From assembly GCA_033551855.1 (NCBI GenBank), contig JAWSUI010000002.1, positions 64,001 to 128,000 on the forward strand: a stretch of 64,000 nt of DNA, written 5' to 3'. The notes beneath the pieces are model-generated. The model saw only the letters and a program-made list of their open reading frames with translations. It searched no databases and was not told the origin of the DNA. The stretch's first letter is position 1. The number at the start of each line of letters is the position of its first letter. A program made the position numbers and the translations under genes. Below, one piece after another: positions 48,395 to 61,672 of the stretch. Source of the DNA: Deferrisomatales bacterium (lineage in GTDB: Bacteria; Desulfobacterota; Deferrisomatia; Deferrisomatales; JACRMM01).

Positions 48395-49200
48395 GCGGGG
48401 CCCAGGGCTTCGGCGGCCCCCGAGCCGTGTCTCCGGTGGTGCTCGTGCACGGGCTGGGAGTCGATCACCGCATGTGGTCCCTGCAGGTGCCGCACCTGCA
48501 GCAGGTGGGCCCCGTGTGGGCCCCGGATCTGCCGGGGTTCGGCGCGTGCCCGCCCCTGCCGGTCGAGCGACGCACGCCGGAGGGGTACGTGGACTGGCTC
48601 GCCGCCCGCCTCCGGGAGCGGGGCGCCGGCGCCGTCCACGTGGCCGGTTACTCGATGGGAGGAACCCTCGCCCTGCTCCTGGCTCTCCGGCATCCCCGGA
48701 GGGTTCGCAGCCTGGCCCTGTGCTGTTCCTCCCCCTGCTGGGGCCGGGGTGCGCGGCACGCGGCGGCCTTCGCTTTCGGGGCGCTGGGCGGCAGGTTCGC
48801 CATGGAGGTCTTTGTGCGATCGGTGGAGTGGGGGTTCGCGCGTTACAGCGCCGATCCGGGGCTGAGGGCCGAGGTGGCCGCCATGGTCCGGGGGGCCGAT
48901 CGGGCCACCATGCTCTCGCTCTACCACTCGCTGGCCGGGACCGACCTCCGGGCGGAGGTGCCGCGGGTGGCCGCCCCGGCGCTCGTGGTGGGCGGGACGC
49001 GAGACTGGCTGGCTCCTCCGTCCCACCAGAAGCTTCTGGCCCGGGCGCTGCCCCGTGCCGAGCTGCGGCTCGTGAAGGGCGGGAACCACATGTTGTGCGC
49101 GGCGCAACCCGAGGAGTTTGGCGGCCTCCTGCGGCGCTTCTTCCGGGACGCGGGAGAGGGCCCCGTTGGGCCGGGAAAGGCGGCGTGGCCGGGATGGTGA
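48391..49200 (+). CDS. Alpha/beta fold hydrolase
   Basis: LVHG, DLPGFG, nucleophile elbow GYSMG, GG.RD, G.H. Confidence 0.88.
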   Translation: MSGAQGFGGPRAVSPVVLVHGLGVDHRMWSLQVPHLQQVGPVWAPDLPGFGACPPLPVERRTPEGYVDWLAARLRERGAGAVHVAGYSMGGTLALLLALRHPRRVRSLALCCSSPCWGRGARHAAAFAFGALGGRFAMEVFVRSVEWGFARYSADPGLRAEVAAMVRGADRATMLSLYHSLAGTDLRAEVPRVAAPALVVGGTRDWLAPPSHQKLLARALPRAELRLVKGGNHMLCAAQPEEFGGLLRRFFRDAGEGPVGPGKAAWPGW

Positions 49201-49730
49201 ACGAAGAGGTCAAGCGGTTCCTTCGGGGGCGGGACTTCGCGGTCCTGTGCGTGGTGCTCGACCTGGGGGGGGGCCCCGAGGCCGTGGTGGTGGTCAAGTC
49301 CACCGCCGACCTCCTGGCCGGCCTCCGGCTGGCGCAGGCCCCGGTGGAGATGGGGTGGGCGCTGGAGCGGACGCCCCATGGACCGGTGCTCTGCCTGGTC
49401 GTCCGTTGTGCCGGCGACGGGGTGGGGGAGTTGGCCGGGGAGGCGTATTTCGATCCTGCGGACCAAGAGGATCTGAGCCTCCTCGAGCGCCTCGCCGGGC
49501 AGGAACGGGTGCGGGCGGCCTTCCTGGACGAGGAGCTCCAACCTGTGTGGCTGGCGGAGGAAGAGTGGGACGAGGTGCGCCGTCTGGAGACCGAGCAGGT
49601 GCGGGACCGGTTGGAGGAGCTCCGGGAAAGGTGCCGGCAGTACGACTTCGAGGCGGCGAAACGGGCCTTCCAGGACGAGCTTCCTCTGGCACGCCTCCTG
49701 GACCGAGTCTTCCGGGGCTCCCGGCCGTAG
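49194..49730 (+). CDS. Hypothetical protein
   Basis: Overlaps the upstream stop; GC3-biased frame; PHGPVL...EAYFDP...DFEAAK..FQ. Confidence 0.7.
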   Translation: MVNEEVKRFLRGRDFAVLCVVLDLGGGPEAVVVVKSTADLLAGLRLAQAPVEMGWALERTPHGPVLCLVVRCAGDGVGELAGEAYFDPADQEDLSLLERLAGQERVRAAFLDEELQPVWLAEEEWDEVRRLETEQVRDRLEELRERCRQYDFEAAKRAFQDELPLARLLDRVFRGSRP

Positions 49731-49905
49731 GGGCAGGAGGTGGGCCTGCCCGGCCGCCTCTCCTCTCCGAAAGCCTGTGAAACCATCTGCCGTGCGACCG
49801 GGTTGCGCCGCCGCGTCCTCCTCGCCTATTTGCCGGATATGTCTAGTGGTTCGCTCCTGGCGGCCCTGGACTCTCGTCTGCTCGCCGCGGTTCTCTCTCG
49901 GGCTC

Positions 49906-50820
49906 TCACCGGGGCTCGAAGCCTCCCTTCGCCCGGTTCCACTCGTACACGGACGCTCCCCAGAGCCGGCGGAGGTCGGCCGGGTCCATCCCGAGCCCTT
50001 GGGCTGCCTCGAGGCGTTCCAGCGCGTCGAGGACCTCCGCGTCGCTGATCTGGAAGTCGGCGTTCTGGTCGGCCCAGTGCACGAACTCGAGGTCGATCCG
50101 GCTCTCCCCGCGCACCGGGATCCCGCTCCCTTCCGCACCGGGTGGCACCACTTCCCCCGAAAAACGGTGGGCCGATCCTTCCGCACCGTCGGCCGGGGCT
50201 CGGACGAGGTAGGCAAGCCGATTGGTCCCGTCCTCCAGGGGGAGGATCCACTTGAGGATCCCGTCCGGGGTGGGCCCCTGATCGGGGTCCGGCACCGCGC
50301 CCAGAAGGGTCCAGTCCGGCGGCAGGGTCTCCCGGAGCACCACCCGCTGGGGGGACCCCGAGACCGCTCGCAGGTGCACCACCACCGGCACTTCCGTGCC
50401 GGGTGGCGTGTAGGACGGTAGCCGGCGCATCGCCTCGACGACGACGAGGGGGGGCGGGCTGATCCAATGCCATGCCGCCCAGAGTCCCAGGAGGCCGAGG
50501 GCGGCCGCCCCCGCCAGCCAGGGCAGGAGCCGCCGGGGCTGGCCCTCGGCGGCCCCCTCGGCGCCGGTGCCCCACGCGTCTGCCTCCGGTTCCTCCAACA
50601 GGAGATCCTCGAGCGGGCTTTCCAGGGCGTCGGCCAGGGCTTGGGCGTTTTCCCGTTTCACCGCGGGCGTTCGATTGTTCTCCCACCGGCTCACCGTGTC
50701 CACGCTGACCTTGGCCACCTCGGCCACGTAGAGCTGGGTGAGACCCTTGGCCTCCCGCAGCAGGCGCACTTTGTCGCCGTCGAGCCTCACCGTGGGGGGT
50801 TTGCGAACCAGCGATGTCAT
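49906..50820 (-). CDS. Membrane-anchored XRE-family HTH protein with extracytoplasmic beta-sandwich and EF-hand/dockerin-like tail
   Basis: LREAKGLTQ..VA....VS..TVSRWEN HTH, one TM, LRETLPPDW...KW...LAY beta domain, ADQNADFQISDAE. Confidence 0.8.
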   Translation of the reverse strand: MTSLVRKPPTVRLDGDKVRLLREAKGLTQLYVAEVAKVSVDTVSRWENNRTPAVKRENAQALADALESPLEDLLLEEPEADAWGTGAEGAAEGQPRRLLPWLAGAAALGLLGLWAAWHWISPPPLVVVEAMRRLPSYTPPGTEVPVVVHLRAVSGSPQRVVLRETLPPDWTLLGAVPDPDQGPTPDGILKWILPLEDGTNRLAYLVRAPADGAEGSAHRFSGEVVPPGAEGSGIPVRGESRIDLEFVHWADQNADFQISDAEVLDALERLEAAQGLGMDPADLRRLWGASVYEWNRAKGGFEPR

Positions 50821-51111
50821 GGGCCGCTTCCTGTGTCCCTTCCGAGTCCTGGGCGTGTCGTCCTCGAGGTCGGCGAGGGGAAACCTACCAGAGTCACGCC
50901 CCGGCGTCATCCCGTAACCCCCCCTTTGGATTCCCCGCATGGGCGGTGTCACCGGTGGCGAACCCGGCCCTGCCCGGCCCGACGCAGACCCGATGCGGGC
51001 CGGCGCCGGGCCGCGTACGCCCCGATGCGGGTGGCGGAGGGCGCGAGCAGGCCGTATAGAAGGGGCAAGGGCGGAATTCACCGCCCCGACGTTCTGCAGA
51101 GGAGGCACACG

Positions 51112-51468
51112 ATGAACCAGCGATACCTGCCCCTGACCGTGCTCGCCGTGGCGGCCCTGACCTTTGGTCTCGCGTGGGCGGCCAGCCCGCCGGCCCAGCC
51201 GGCCCCCGTGACCAACTTCGGAAAGAAGGCTCCGGTGATCTTCGATCACGCGCTCCATGCGGGAGAAGGGTTCACCTGCGTGCAGTGCCACCACAACGAG
51301 GCCGAGGGCGAGTATCGCTGCGGCCAGTGTCACAAGCTCGAGACCGAGGGCGGTGTCTTGAGGATCCAGGATGCGTTCCACGGCAAGGACGTCGGTGTGT
51401 GCTGGAGCTGCCATCGGGCTCCGGAGGGGACCCACAAGCTCAAGTGCAACGACTGCCACCGGGAGTGA
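51112..51468 (+). CDS. Tetraheme class III cytochrome c (c3-like)
   Basis: GAGGAGG RBS, signal peptide, V.FDH..H, four CxxCH (CVQCH, CGQCH, CWSCH, CNDCH). Confidence 0.93.
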   Translation: MNQRYLPLTVLAVAALTFGLAWAASPPAQPAPVTNFGKKAPVIFDHALHAGEGFTCVQCHHNEAEGEYRCGQCHKLETEGGVLRIQDAFHGKDVGVCWSCHRAPEGTHKLKCNDCHRE

Positions 51469-51837
51469 CCTGTACTCCCGTCTCCCGCCCCGTCTTCCCC
51501 GGGATGTGCGGCCGCGGGGGCACCACATATCCGTGCCCCTGCGGCCCAAGGGGTCGTCGGACCCGCTCCCGCTCCCCTTCCGCCGGCCCGGTCACCGATA
51601 TGCGATGCGGCAGTTGCCCCTAGGGCCACGCCGAAGAGGTGTTCGATCCCGAACCTCCCGGTGGCCGCCCGGTAGCGTCTCTGCCCCCGAGGAGGGTCCC
51701 AGTGGCCTCCCTTCCACCCGAACCATTGGCGGGGTGGTGTCTTTTCCACCCCGGCGCCCGTGGGGAGCAGCCCTGCCGGAGCCTAACGTCCCGCCCGAAC
51801 ACGGTTTTCTGGTTCAGCCCCCTACCGCGCAAGCGGG

Positions 51838-51853
51838 TGGCACACACCTTGCT
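51838..51853 (+). promoter_or_regulatory. sigma54 promoter upstream of lpxC
   Basis: TGGCAC-ACACC-TTGCT, consensus -24/-12. Confidence 0.8.
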
Positions 51854-51908
51854 TAGTAACACCTCCTTGATGCGCGGGGGGTGGAACAGCGACGGCGTAG
51901 GAGGCCCC

Positions 51909-52829
51909 ATGGCCTTTCAGCAGACCCTGAAGATTCCCGTTTCTCTTTCCGGTGTGGGGCTCCACACCGGCCAGACCGTTCACCTGCGGTTGCTTCCCGC
52001 GGCCTCGGATTGCGGGGTGCGGTTTCGGCGCTCGGACCTGACCCCGGCCGTGGAGATCCCGGCCCGCAGCGAGCACGTGGTCGAGACCACGCTCGCCACG
52101 GTGCTGGGGAAGGACGGAGCGCAGGTCTCCACGGTGGAGCACTGCTTGGCGGCCCTCTATGCCCTTGGGGTCGACAACTGCACGGTGGAGGTGGACGGAC
52201 CGGAGCTTCCCATCCTGGACGGGAGTGCTGGACCCTACGCGGCCGCCATCCTGGGCGCCGGGCTTCGCCGACAGCGGGGAACCCGTCAGGTGCTGCGGGT
52301 GGAGAAGCCCATCCGGGTCGAGAATGGGGACAAGTTCTGCATCCTCCGTCCGGCCGAGAAGTTCCGGGTGACCTACAGCATCGACTTCGACGGACGCTTC
52401 CCGGGCGCCCAGCACTACTATCTCGACGTGGGGCCCCGCACGTTCGCCACCGAGCTCGCGGCAGCGCGCACCTTCGGGTTTCTCGCCGAGGTCACCTACC
52501 TGCGCTCCGTGGGAAAGGCTCGAGGCGGGTCGTTGGAGAATGCCGTGGTGGTGGACGGGGACCGCGTGCTGAACCCGGAGGGTCTGCGGATGCCCGACGA
52601 GATGGTCCGGCACAAGATCCTCGACGCCGTGGGAGACTTGGCCCTCGCCGGACGGCCCGTCTGTGGGCACCTCATCGTCCACAAGGGGGGGCACGCCCTC
52701 CACGATGCCCTGGTGAAGGCGCTCCTGGCGAATCCCGATGCCTGGTCCCTGGTGGACATGGATGCAGCACCGCGCCGACGGGAGCGGGCCACCGTCGTGC
52801 CGAGCCCCCTGGTTCCCGCCCACGCCTGA
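51909..52829 (+). CDS. lpxC: UDP-3-O-acyl-N-acetylglucosamine deacetylase
   Basis: GVGLHTG, TVEH, PILDGSA, ARTFGF, GGSLENA, RHKILD.VGDL, GH. Confidence 0.97.
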   Translation: MAFQQTLKIPVSLSGVGLHTGQTVHLRLLPAASDCGVRFRRSDLTPAVEIPARSEHVVETTLATVLGKDGAQVSTVEHCLAALYALGVDNCTVEVDGPELPILDGSAGPYAAAILGAGLRRQRGTRQVLRVEKPIRVENGDKFCILRPAEKFRVTYSIDFDGRFPGAQHYYLDVGPRTFATELAAARTFGFLAEVTYLRSVGKARGGSLENAVVVDGDRVLNPEGLRMPDEMVRHKILDAVGDLALAGRPVCGHLIVHKGGHALHDALVKALLANPDAWSLVDMDAAPRRRERATVVPSPLVPAHA

Positions 52830-52998
52830 GCCAACATCTCCTCCCCGGGGGTAGCGCCCCCGGACTCCCGGACCTCGTATGCTGCCCCCCGGTGGTCTTG
52901 GGCCGGGGCGCGGGGTTGCCCCCGTGTCGCCGGTCTTCTAGAATGCGGCCTTCCCCGAGGCGGCCCGAGCCGCCCCTCGCCCTTCACCGGGACGGCCC

Positions 52999-53589
52999 AT
53001 GGGACTTCGGCGCATCGCAGCGCTCAGCCTCACCCTGCTCTTCGTCTTCCTCGCGACCCCGAGCTCGGGTCGCCTTGCCCGGCAGCCGCACATCGATGGC
53101 GTGAACCTTCGGCGGGGGCCCCACGCGGACCTGATCGTGGACTTCCGGGTGGAGGGGCTCCGAAACCGGAAGATTCTCGAAACCCTGGACAGCGGCCTGC
53201 CTGTGCGCTTCACCTACTGGGTCCGGGTTGTCCGGCCCCGAGAGCTTCGACGGGACCAGATCGTCGCCGAGGTCCAGATCGAGCGGGCTCTAGAGAAGGA
53301 CAACCTGAAGAATCGATTCCACGTGACCCTCTCCGAGGGCGCCGACGCCGAGGAGGTGGCCACCCTCGACGCGGCTCTCCAGGCCATGAGCCAGGTAGAG
53401 GGGGTCAGTGTGCTGCCCCTCGACGCTCTCGGCGGCCGGAGGCCGATGGTTCTCATGCTCAAGGCACAATTGCAGAAGTTCCAACTCCCGTTCCACCTCC
53501 ATTATCTCTTCGCGTTCGTCTCCTTCTGGGATGTGGAGACCGAGTGGCACTCCCTGCCCCTGCCGGACTCCCCGAACGCCCTCCCGTGA
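52999..53589 (+). CDS. DUF4390 domain exported protein
   Basis: Signal peptide, L.SGLPV.FTY, FVSFWDVETEW; position upstream of ntrY. Confidence 0.75.
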   Translation: MGLRRIAALSLTLLFVFLATPSSGRLARQPHIDGVNLRRGPHADLIVDFRVEGLRNRKILETLDSGLPVRFTYWVRVVRPRELRRDQIVAEVQIERALEKDNLKNRFHVTLSEGADAEEVATLDAALQAMSQVEGVSVLPLDALGGRRPMVLMLKAQLQKFQLPFHLHYLFAFVSFWDVETEWHSLPLPDSPNALP

Positions 53590-55801
53590 GGGGCTTCCCG
53601 GACACCAGGAGGGTCCTGCGCTGGGGACCCCTGCTCCTGGCGGCCCTAGCACTCTTCTGGGTTGGGTTGAACGTCCTCCAGTGGCGTCTGTTCGAAGAAG
53701 CCCAGGGGGGGAGCCTGCTGGAGACCCTTGCGGTCTTCGGTCTGATCAACCTGAACATCCTCCTGCTCCTGCTCCTGGTCTTCCTGACCCTGCGCAACCT
53801 CGCGAAGCTGGCCTTCGAGAGGCGCAGCGGTGTGCTGGGCGCCAGGCTCAAGACCAAGCTCGTCCTCGCGTTCCTTTCCATGACCGTCATCCCCACGGCG
53901 CTGCTCTACCTCGCCAGTGCGGGCTTTCTGGCCCGGAGCATCGACAGCTGGTTCAGCAGCCGGGTGGAGGGGGCCCTGCGCCAGGCACTGGAAGTGGCCC
54001 GCGCCTACTATCAGGCCGAGGAGGGCAGGGTTCTCCACTACGCCCGTCGCCTGGCTGAGTCTCTGCCCCTGGAAGGCATGGGGGAGGATCTCGGGCGCAT
54101 CGAGGCGCTGCTCCAGGACCGGGCCTTGGAGGATCCCCTGGGGGCGGTCACGGTCTTCTCGGCCTCCGGCGAGGTGCTGAGCGTGGTGGCCAACCCCCGC
54201 TTCCCCCTCCCCGAGCTGGCCACCGCTGAGGCGCCGGAGGTGAGGCAGGCCCTCCTGGGGAGGGAGGCGGCCGGCTTGGGCCACTTCTCCTCCGGGGATT
54301 TCTTGCGCGGCGCCGCACCGATCCGGAATCCGCAGACGGGGGAGATCTGGGGGGCGGTGGTGGTGGACGGGTACATGCCTGGCCGAACCCTGGAGCGGCT
54401 CGAAGAGATCACGGCCGGATTCGAGGAGTATCGGCAACTCGAGGTGCTGAAGGCCCCGGTGAAGGCGAGCTACATCCTGCCGCTGCTCCTCGTGGCGCTG
54501 CTCCTCGTCTTCGCGGCGACCTGGTTCGGCTTCTATCTGGCCCGGGGGATCACCGGTCCCATCCAGGAGTTGGCCCAAGCCACCCAGCGGGTGGCGGGGG
54601 GCGATCTGGAGTTCCAGTTGGAGGTGGTGAGTCGGGACGAAGTGGGGACGCTGGTGGAGTCGTTCAACCGGATGACCCGAGACCTCCGGGCGAGCAAGGG
54701 CCAGGTAGAGGCGACGCAGGTCACGCTGAGCCGGGCGAATGACGAACTGGAGCGCCGCCGCCGTTACATGGAGATCGTGCTCGGCCGCGTGGCCGCCGGG
54801 GTGGTGAGCACGGACCGGGGAGGGAACATCACCACCATGAACGAGGCGGCGAGGGAAATGCTCGAGGTTGGCGACGAGGTGTTGGGAAAGTCGTACCGGG
54901 AGGTCCTTGCCGGGGAGGCGGAGTGCCTGGTCACCGATCTGCTCCGAGAGCTCGGGCGCTCCCGACAGGATGCCCTCCAGAGGCAAGTCCTCCTGAACCT
55001 GGGAGGGCAGAGGCGCTCGTTCCTCGTACACCTGACCCGCTTGCGGGACGAGGGCGGTGAACCCATCGGCACGGTGGCGGTCTTCGACGATCTGACAGAG
55101 CTGGTGAGGGCCCAGCGGGCCCAGGCGTGGCAGGAGGTCGCACGCCGCATCGCCCATGAGATCAAGAATCCCCTCACCCCGATCCAACTCTCCGCCCAGC
55201 GGCTGCGACGCCGGTACGCGGACCTCCTGGCGGAGGAAGAGGGAGAGGTCCTGGATCAGGCCACACGGACGATCGTGGCACAGGTGGATGGCCTCAAGAG
55301 GCTCGTCGACGAGTTCAGCCGGTTCGCGAAGATGCCCGAGTCGCGGCCCGCCCCCGAGGACGTCAACCGGTTGGTGGAAGAGGTCGCGGCCCTCTACAAA
55401 CCGGTCCACGGCCAGATTCAGTTCGAGGTGCGGTTGGCCTCCCAGCTGCCGATCGTCGAAGTCGACGCCGAGCAGCTCAAGCGGGCCCTGGTGAACCTCC
55501 TCGACAATGCCGTTTCTGCCCTGGAGGGGGTGGCCCACGGGCGCATCGAGCTGCTGACCGAGTTCGAGCCGGAGCGGCAGGTGGTGCGGGTGGTGGTGGC
55601 AGACAACGGGCCGGGGCTCACTTCAGAGGCGCGAGAGCGGCTCTTCGAGCCCTACTTCTCGACAAAGAAGGGAGGGACCGGCCTGGGGCTCGCGATCGTC
55701 AAGAGCATCGTGGCCGACCATCGGGGCTATGTGCGTGCTGTGGACAACCGTCCACAAGGGACCCGCTTCCTTCTCGAATTTCCCCTCCAGGGAGCCAACG
55801 C

Positions 55802-55805
<4 letters not shown>
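53586..55805 (+). CDS. ntrY: NtrY-like PAS/HAMP sensor histidine kinase
   Basis: RLKTKLV.AF...P, SIDSWFS, HAMP, PAS, AWQEVARRIAHEIKNPLTPIQLSAQRL, FEPYFSTK.GGTGLGL. Confidence 0.92.
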
Positions 55806-57163
<1,358 letters not shown>

Positions 57164-57202
57164 GAAGCGACGGGGAGAGAGTCCCCCCCTGGTGCGGGGG
57201 GC

Positions 57203-57736
57203 TCAGTGGGAGCGCAGCACGCGGCCTCCGGGAGCACCCCGACAAGCGTCGCCCTGGGCGTGCCAGCGCACGATCGTTCCGGAGCCGTCGGCGATGAAGG
57301 TGAACTCGCACGTGTTCCGGAAGGTCTGCGGCGGATAGTAGGTCCCCGGGTAGATGGTGGTGGTCTGCGTGCGGACCCCGTCGTCCCGGCTCCGCAGGGT
57401 CTCCACCGTGGTGGGGGTCTCGTATCCCGGGATCACGCCGGTCACCACGCGGCTCCACGTGTACGCGCGTTCGCCCCCCTCCAGCTCCCGGAGGACGTAG
57501 TTGTACCCGAAGGTGTCCTGGGCGGTGCCGATCGGCCTTCCCAGGAAGGCGTCCATGTGGGTTCGGAATTGCCCTGCGGTGGCGCACCCGGCGGCTGCTG
57601 CTACCGTCAGCAGCGCCCACCGACGCAATGTGACCCGGATTCCCGCAATGTCCCTCTCCAGGCGCGCCCGCCCGCCGCGGCGTCCCTCGTGCCCCCCGGC
57701 GTCGCCCCCCCGCGTGGCGCCCGCCCCGGCCGTCAT
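57203..57736 (-). CDS. Hypothetical lipoprotein (true start may be about 57630-57650)
   Basis: Lipobox AAGC; MDAFLG, YTW, CEFTF..D..G.I..W...G..C; ATGA overlap with usp. Confidence 0.6.
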   Translation of the reverse strand: MTAGAGATRGGDAGGHEGRRGGRARLERDIAGIRVTLRRWALLTVAAAAGCATAGQFRTHMDAFLGRPIGTAQDTFGYNYVLRELEGGERAYTWSRVVTGVIPGYETPTTVETLRSRDDGVRTQTTTIYPGTYYPPQTFRNTCEFTFIADGSGTIVRWHAQGDACRGAPGGRVLRSH

Positions 57737-58161
57737 ACCCGCACCACCAGGACCGAGCAGGGAGCGTGTCGGGCGACCCGGCTGGCGTTGGGGCCGAGCA
57801 GGAGCTCGGTTCCCTCCGGATGGTGTGCGGCCATGACGATGAGGTCTGCCCCCACGGTCTCCGCCATCTCCAGGATGCGGCGGTAGATGGAGCCCTGGGC
57901 CACGACGCACTGGACCGGGATGCCCTCCGGGACCTTCTTCTCGACCAGCTCGTGCAGGGCGGCCTTGGCCTCCTCCACGATCGCTTCCTCGGCCCCCTTC
58001 GGGAAGAACTGGCCGACCAGGGGCATCCCCATGTCCGGGACGACGGTCAGCACGTGCAGTTGGGCTCCGAAGCACTGGGAGAGCCGGGCAGCGGCCTCCA
58101 GCCCCGGGCGCCGCTCGGTCTGCCACTCGATGTCCACCGGGACGAGAATGTGGCGGTACAT
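57733..58161 (-). CDS. Universal stress protein (TRAP-associated, TeaD-like)
   Basis: MYRHILVPVD, ADLIVMA.H, LLGPNA.RV.RHA.CSVLVVR. Confidence 0.92.
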   Translation of the reverse strand: MYRHILVPVDIEWQTERRPGLEAAARLSQCFGAQLHVLTVVPDMGMPLVGQFFPKGAEEAIVEEAKAALHELVEKKVPEGIPVQCVVAQGSIYRRILEMAETVGADLIVMAAHHPEGTELLLGPNASRVARHAPCSVLVVRV

Positions 58162-58173
58162 GGGACTCCTCCT

Positions 58174-60378
<2,205 letters not shown>

Positions 60379-60493
60379 GCGGCCTCCCTTGCTACCTGGC
60401 GGCCCTGCGGGCACCCCGCCGGGCTTTGTTTCGGCAGGCGCGGACTTCTTGCCTCGAACCCGAAACCTCGGCGACAGCACGCCCGCACCGCCG

Positions 60494-60515
60494 TTCGCGG
60501 GCAAGCCCGCTCCCA
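60494..60515 (-). repeat. Single REP-like palindrome
   Basis: Reverse strand TGGGAGCGGGCTTGCCCGCGAA resembles GT[AG]GGAGC-type REP sequences. Confidence 0.4.
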
Positions 60516-60536
60516 GGAGAAGCCCGCCGGAGCGAT

Positions 60537-60577
60537 CCACCCGCCCGGGGCCGGCTTGCCGGTCCCGGGCGGGTGGC
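60537..60577 (-). terminator. Stem-loop after the TAXI binding protein gene (terminator or mRNA stabiliser)
   Basis: ccacccgcccggggccggc-tt-gccggtcccgggcgggtgg. Confidence 0.55.
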
Positions 60578-60583
60578 GTGGGC

Positions 60584-61555
60584 TCAGATCCAGCCCTTCT
60601 CCTTGTAGTACTTCGCAGCCCCCGGGTGCAGGGGGGCCGAGAGGCCCTTCATCATCTCCGCCGGGTCCAGGTTGCGGAACGCGGCGTGGGACTGCTTGAG
60701 CTCCTCCAGGTACTCGAAGACGATCTTGACGAAGTCGTAGACGGTCTGCTCGGCCACCGCTTCGGACGTCATCATGGTCGCGGTCACCGCGAAGGTCTCC
60801 ACGGGCTCGGTCACCCCGTGGTAGGTGCCCGCGGGGATGGTGGTCATGATGTAGAACGGCCTCTCCTCCACGAACTTTCGGATCGCGTCGCTGGCGATCG
60901 GGATGATCCGGATGTCGGTGGAGGTGGCCGGCTCCTCAATGGCCGCACTGGGATTGCCCACGGTGTAGAAGAACGCGTCGATCTTCTTGTCCACCAGGGC
61001 CCGGGAGGCCTCGGCCTGCTGGAGCCCCTCGGCCCGGATGTCCTTGCCCTGGTCGATGCCGTAGAGCCGCAGTACGTCCTCGGCGTTGCCCCGCTGGCCC
61101 GAGCCGGGGTTGCCGATGTTGATGCGCTTGCCCTTGATGTCCTCCACCTTGGTGATGCCCGTGTCCTTGCGGGTGACGAGGAGGACGGTCTCCGGGTGCA
61201 GGCTGAAGACGCTGCGCAGCGACCCGACCGGTTTCCCGGCCCAGTCGGCCTCACCGTTGAAGGCCTGCCAGTTGCGGTCCGACTGGACCACGCCGAAGTC
61301 GAGCAGACCCCGGTCCACCGCGTTGACGTTGAACACCGAGCCTAGGGCGGGGCGCCCGACGCAGTTGTACTTGCCCTCGGCGTGCCTGTTGACCAGGTTG
61401 CACACCTGGAGGGCCACTTGGTAGTAGACCCCGGTGACCGCGCCGCCTCCGATCAGGAGGTCCTGGCCCGCGGGGGCCGGGCCCGCCGCCAGGCTCCCGA
61501 CGGCCAGCGCTGCGGCCGCCACCAGGGCCTTCCATCCGCTGCCTGTCTTCTTCAT
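60584..61555 (-). CDS. TAXI family TRAP solute-binding protein
   Basis: Signal peptide, TGVYY, GSV.N, VQSD, SLHPE, GNPGSG.R, APLHPGAAKYYKEKG. Confidence 0.95.
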   Translation of the reverse strand: MKKTGSGWKALVAAAALAVGSLAAGPAPAGQDLLIGGGAVTGVYYQVALQVCNLVNRHAEGKYNCVGRPALGSVFNVNAVDRGLLDFGVVQSDRNWQAFNGEADWAGKPVGSLRSVFSLHPETVLLVTRKDTGITKVEDIKGKRINIGNPGSGQRGNAEDVLRLYGIDQGKDIRAEGLQQAEASRALVDKKIDAFFYTVGNPSAAIEEPATSTDIRIIPIASDAIRKFVEERPFYIMTTIPAGTYHGVTEPVETFAVTATMMTSEAVAEQTVYDFVKIVFEYLEELKQSHAAFRNLDPAEMMKGLSAPLHPGAAKYYKEKGWI

Positions 61556-61672
61556 CGCCGCCTCCTTGTGTTCGTGGGCATCATTGCCCGGTGGAAAGGT
61601 CGCCCGCCCGGGTCGCGGTTCCGGCGCGGCGGGTTGCCCAACCCTGGGAGTCTAGCGCCCTCCCCCGCCCGG

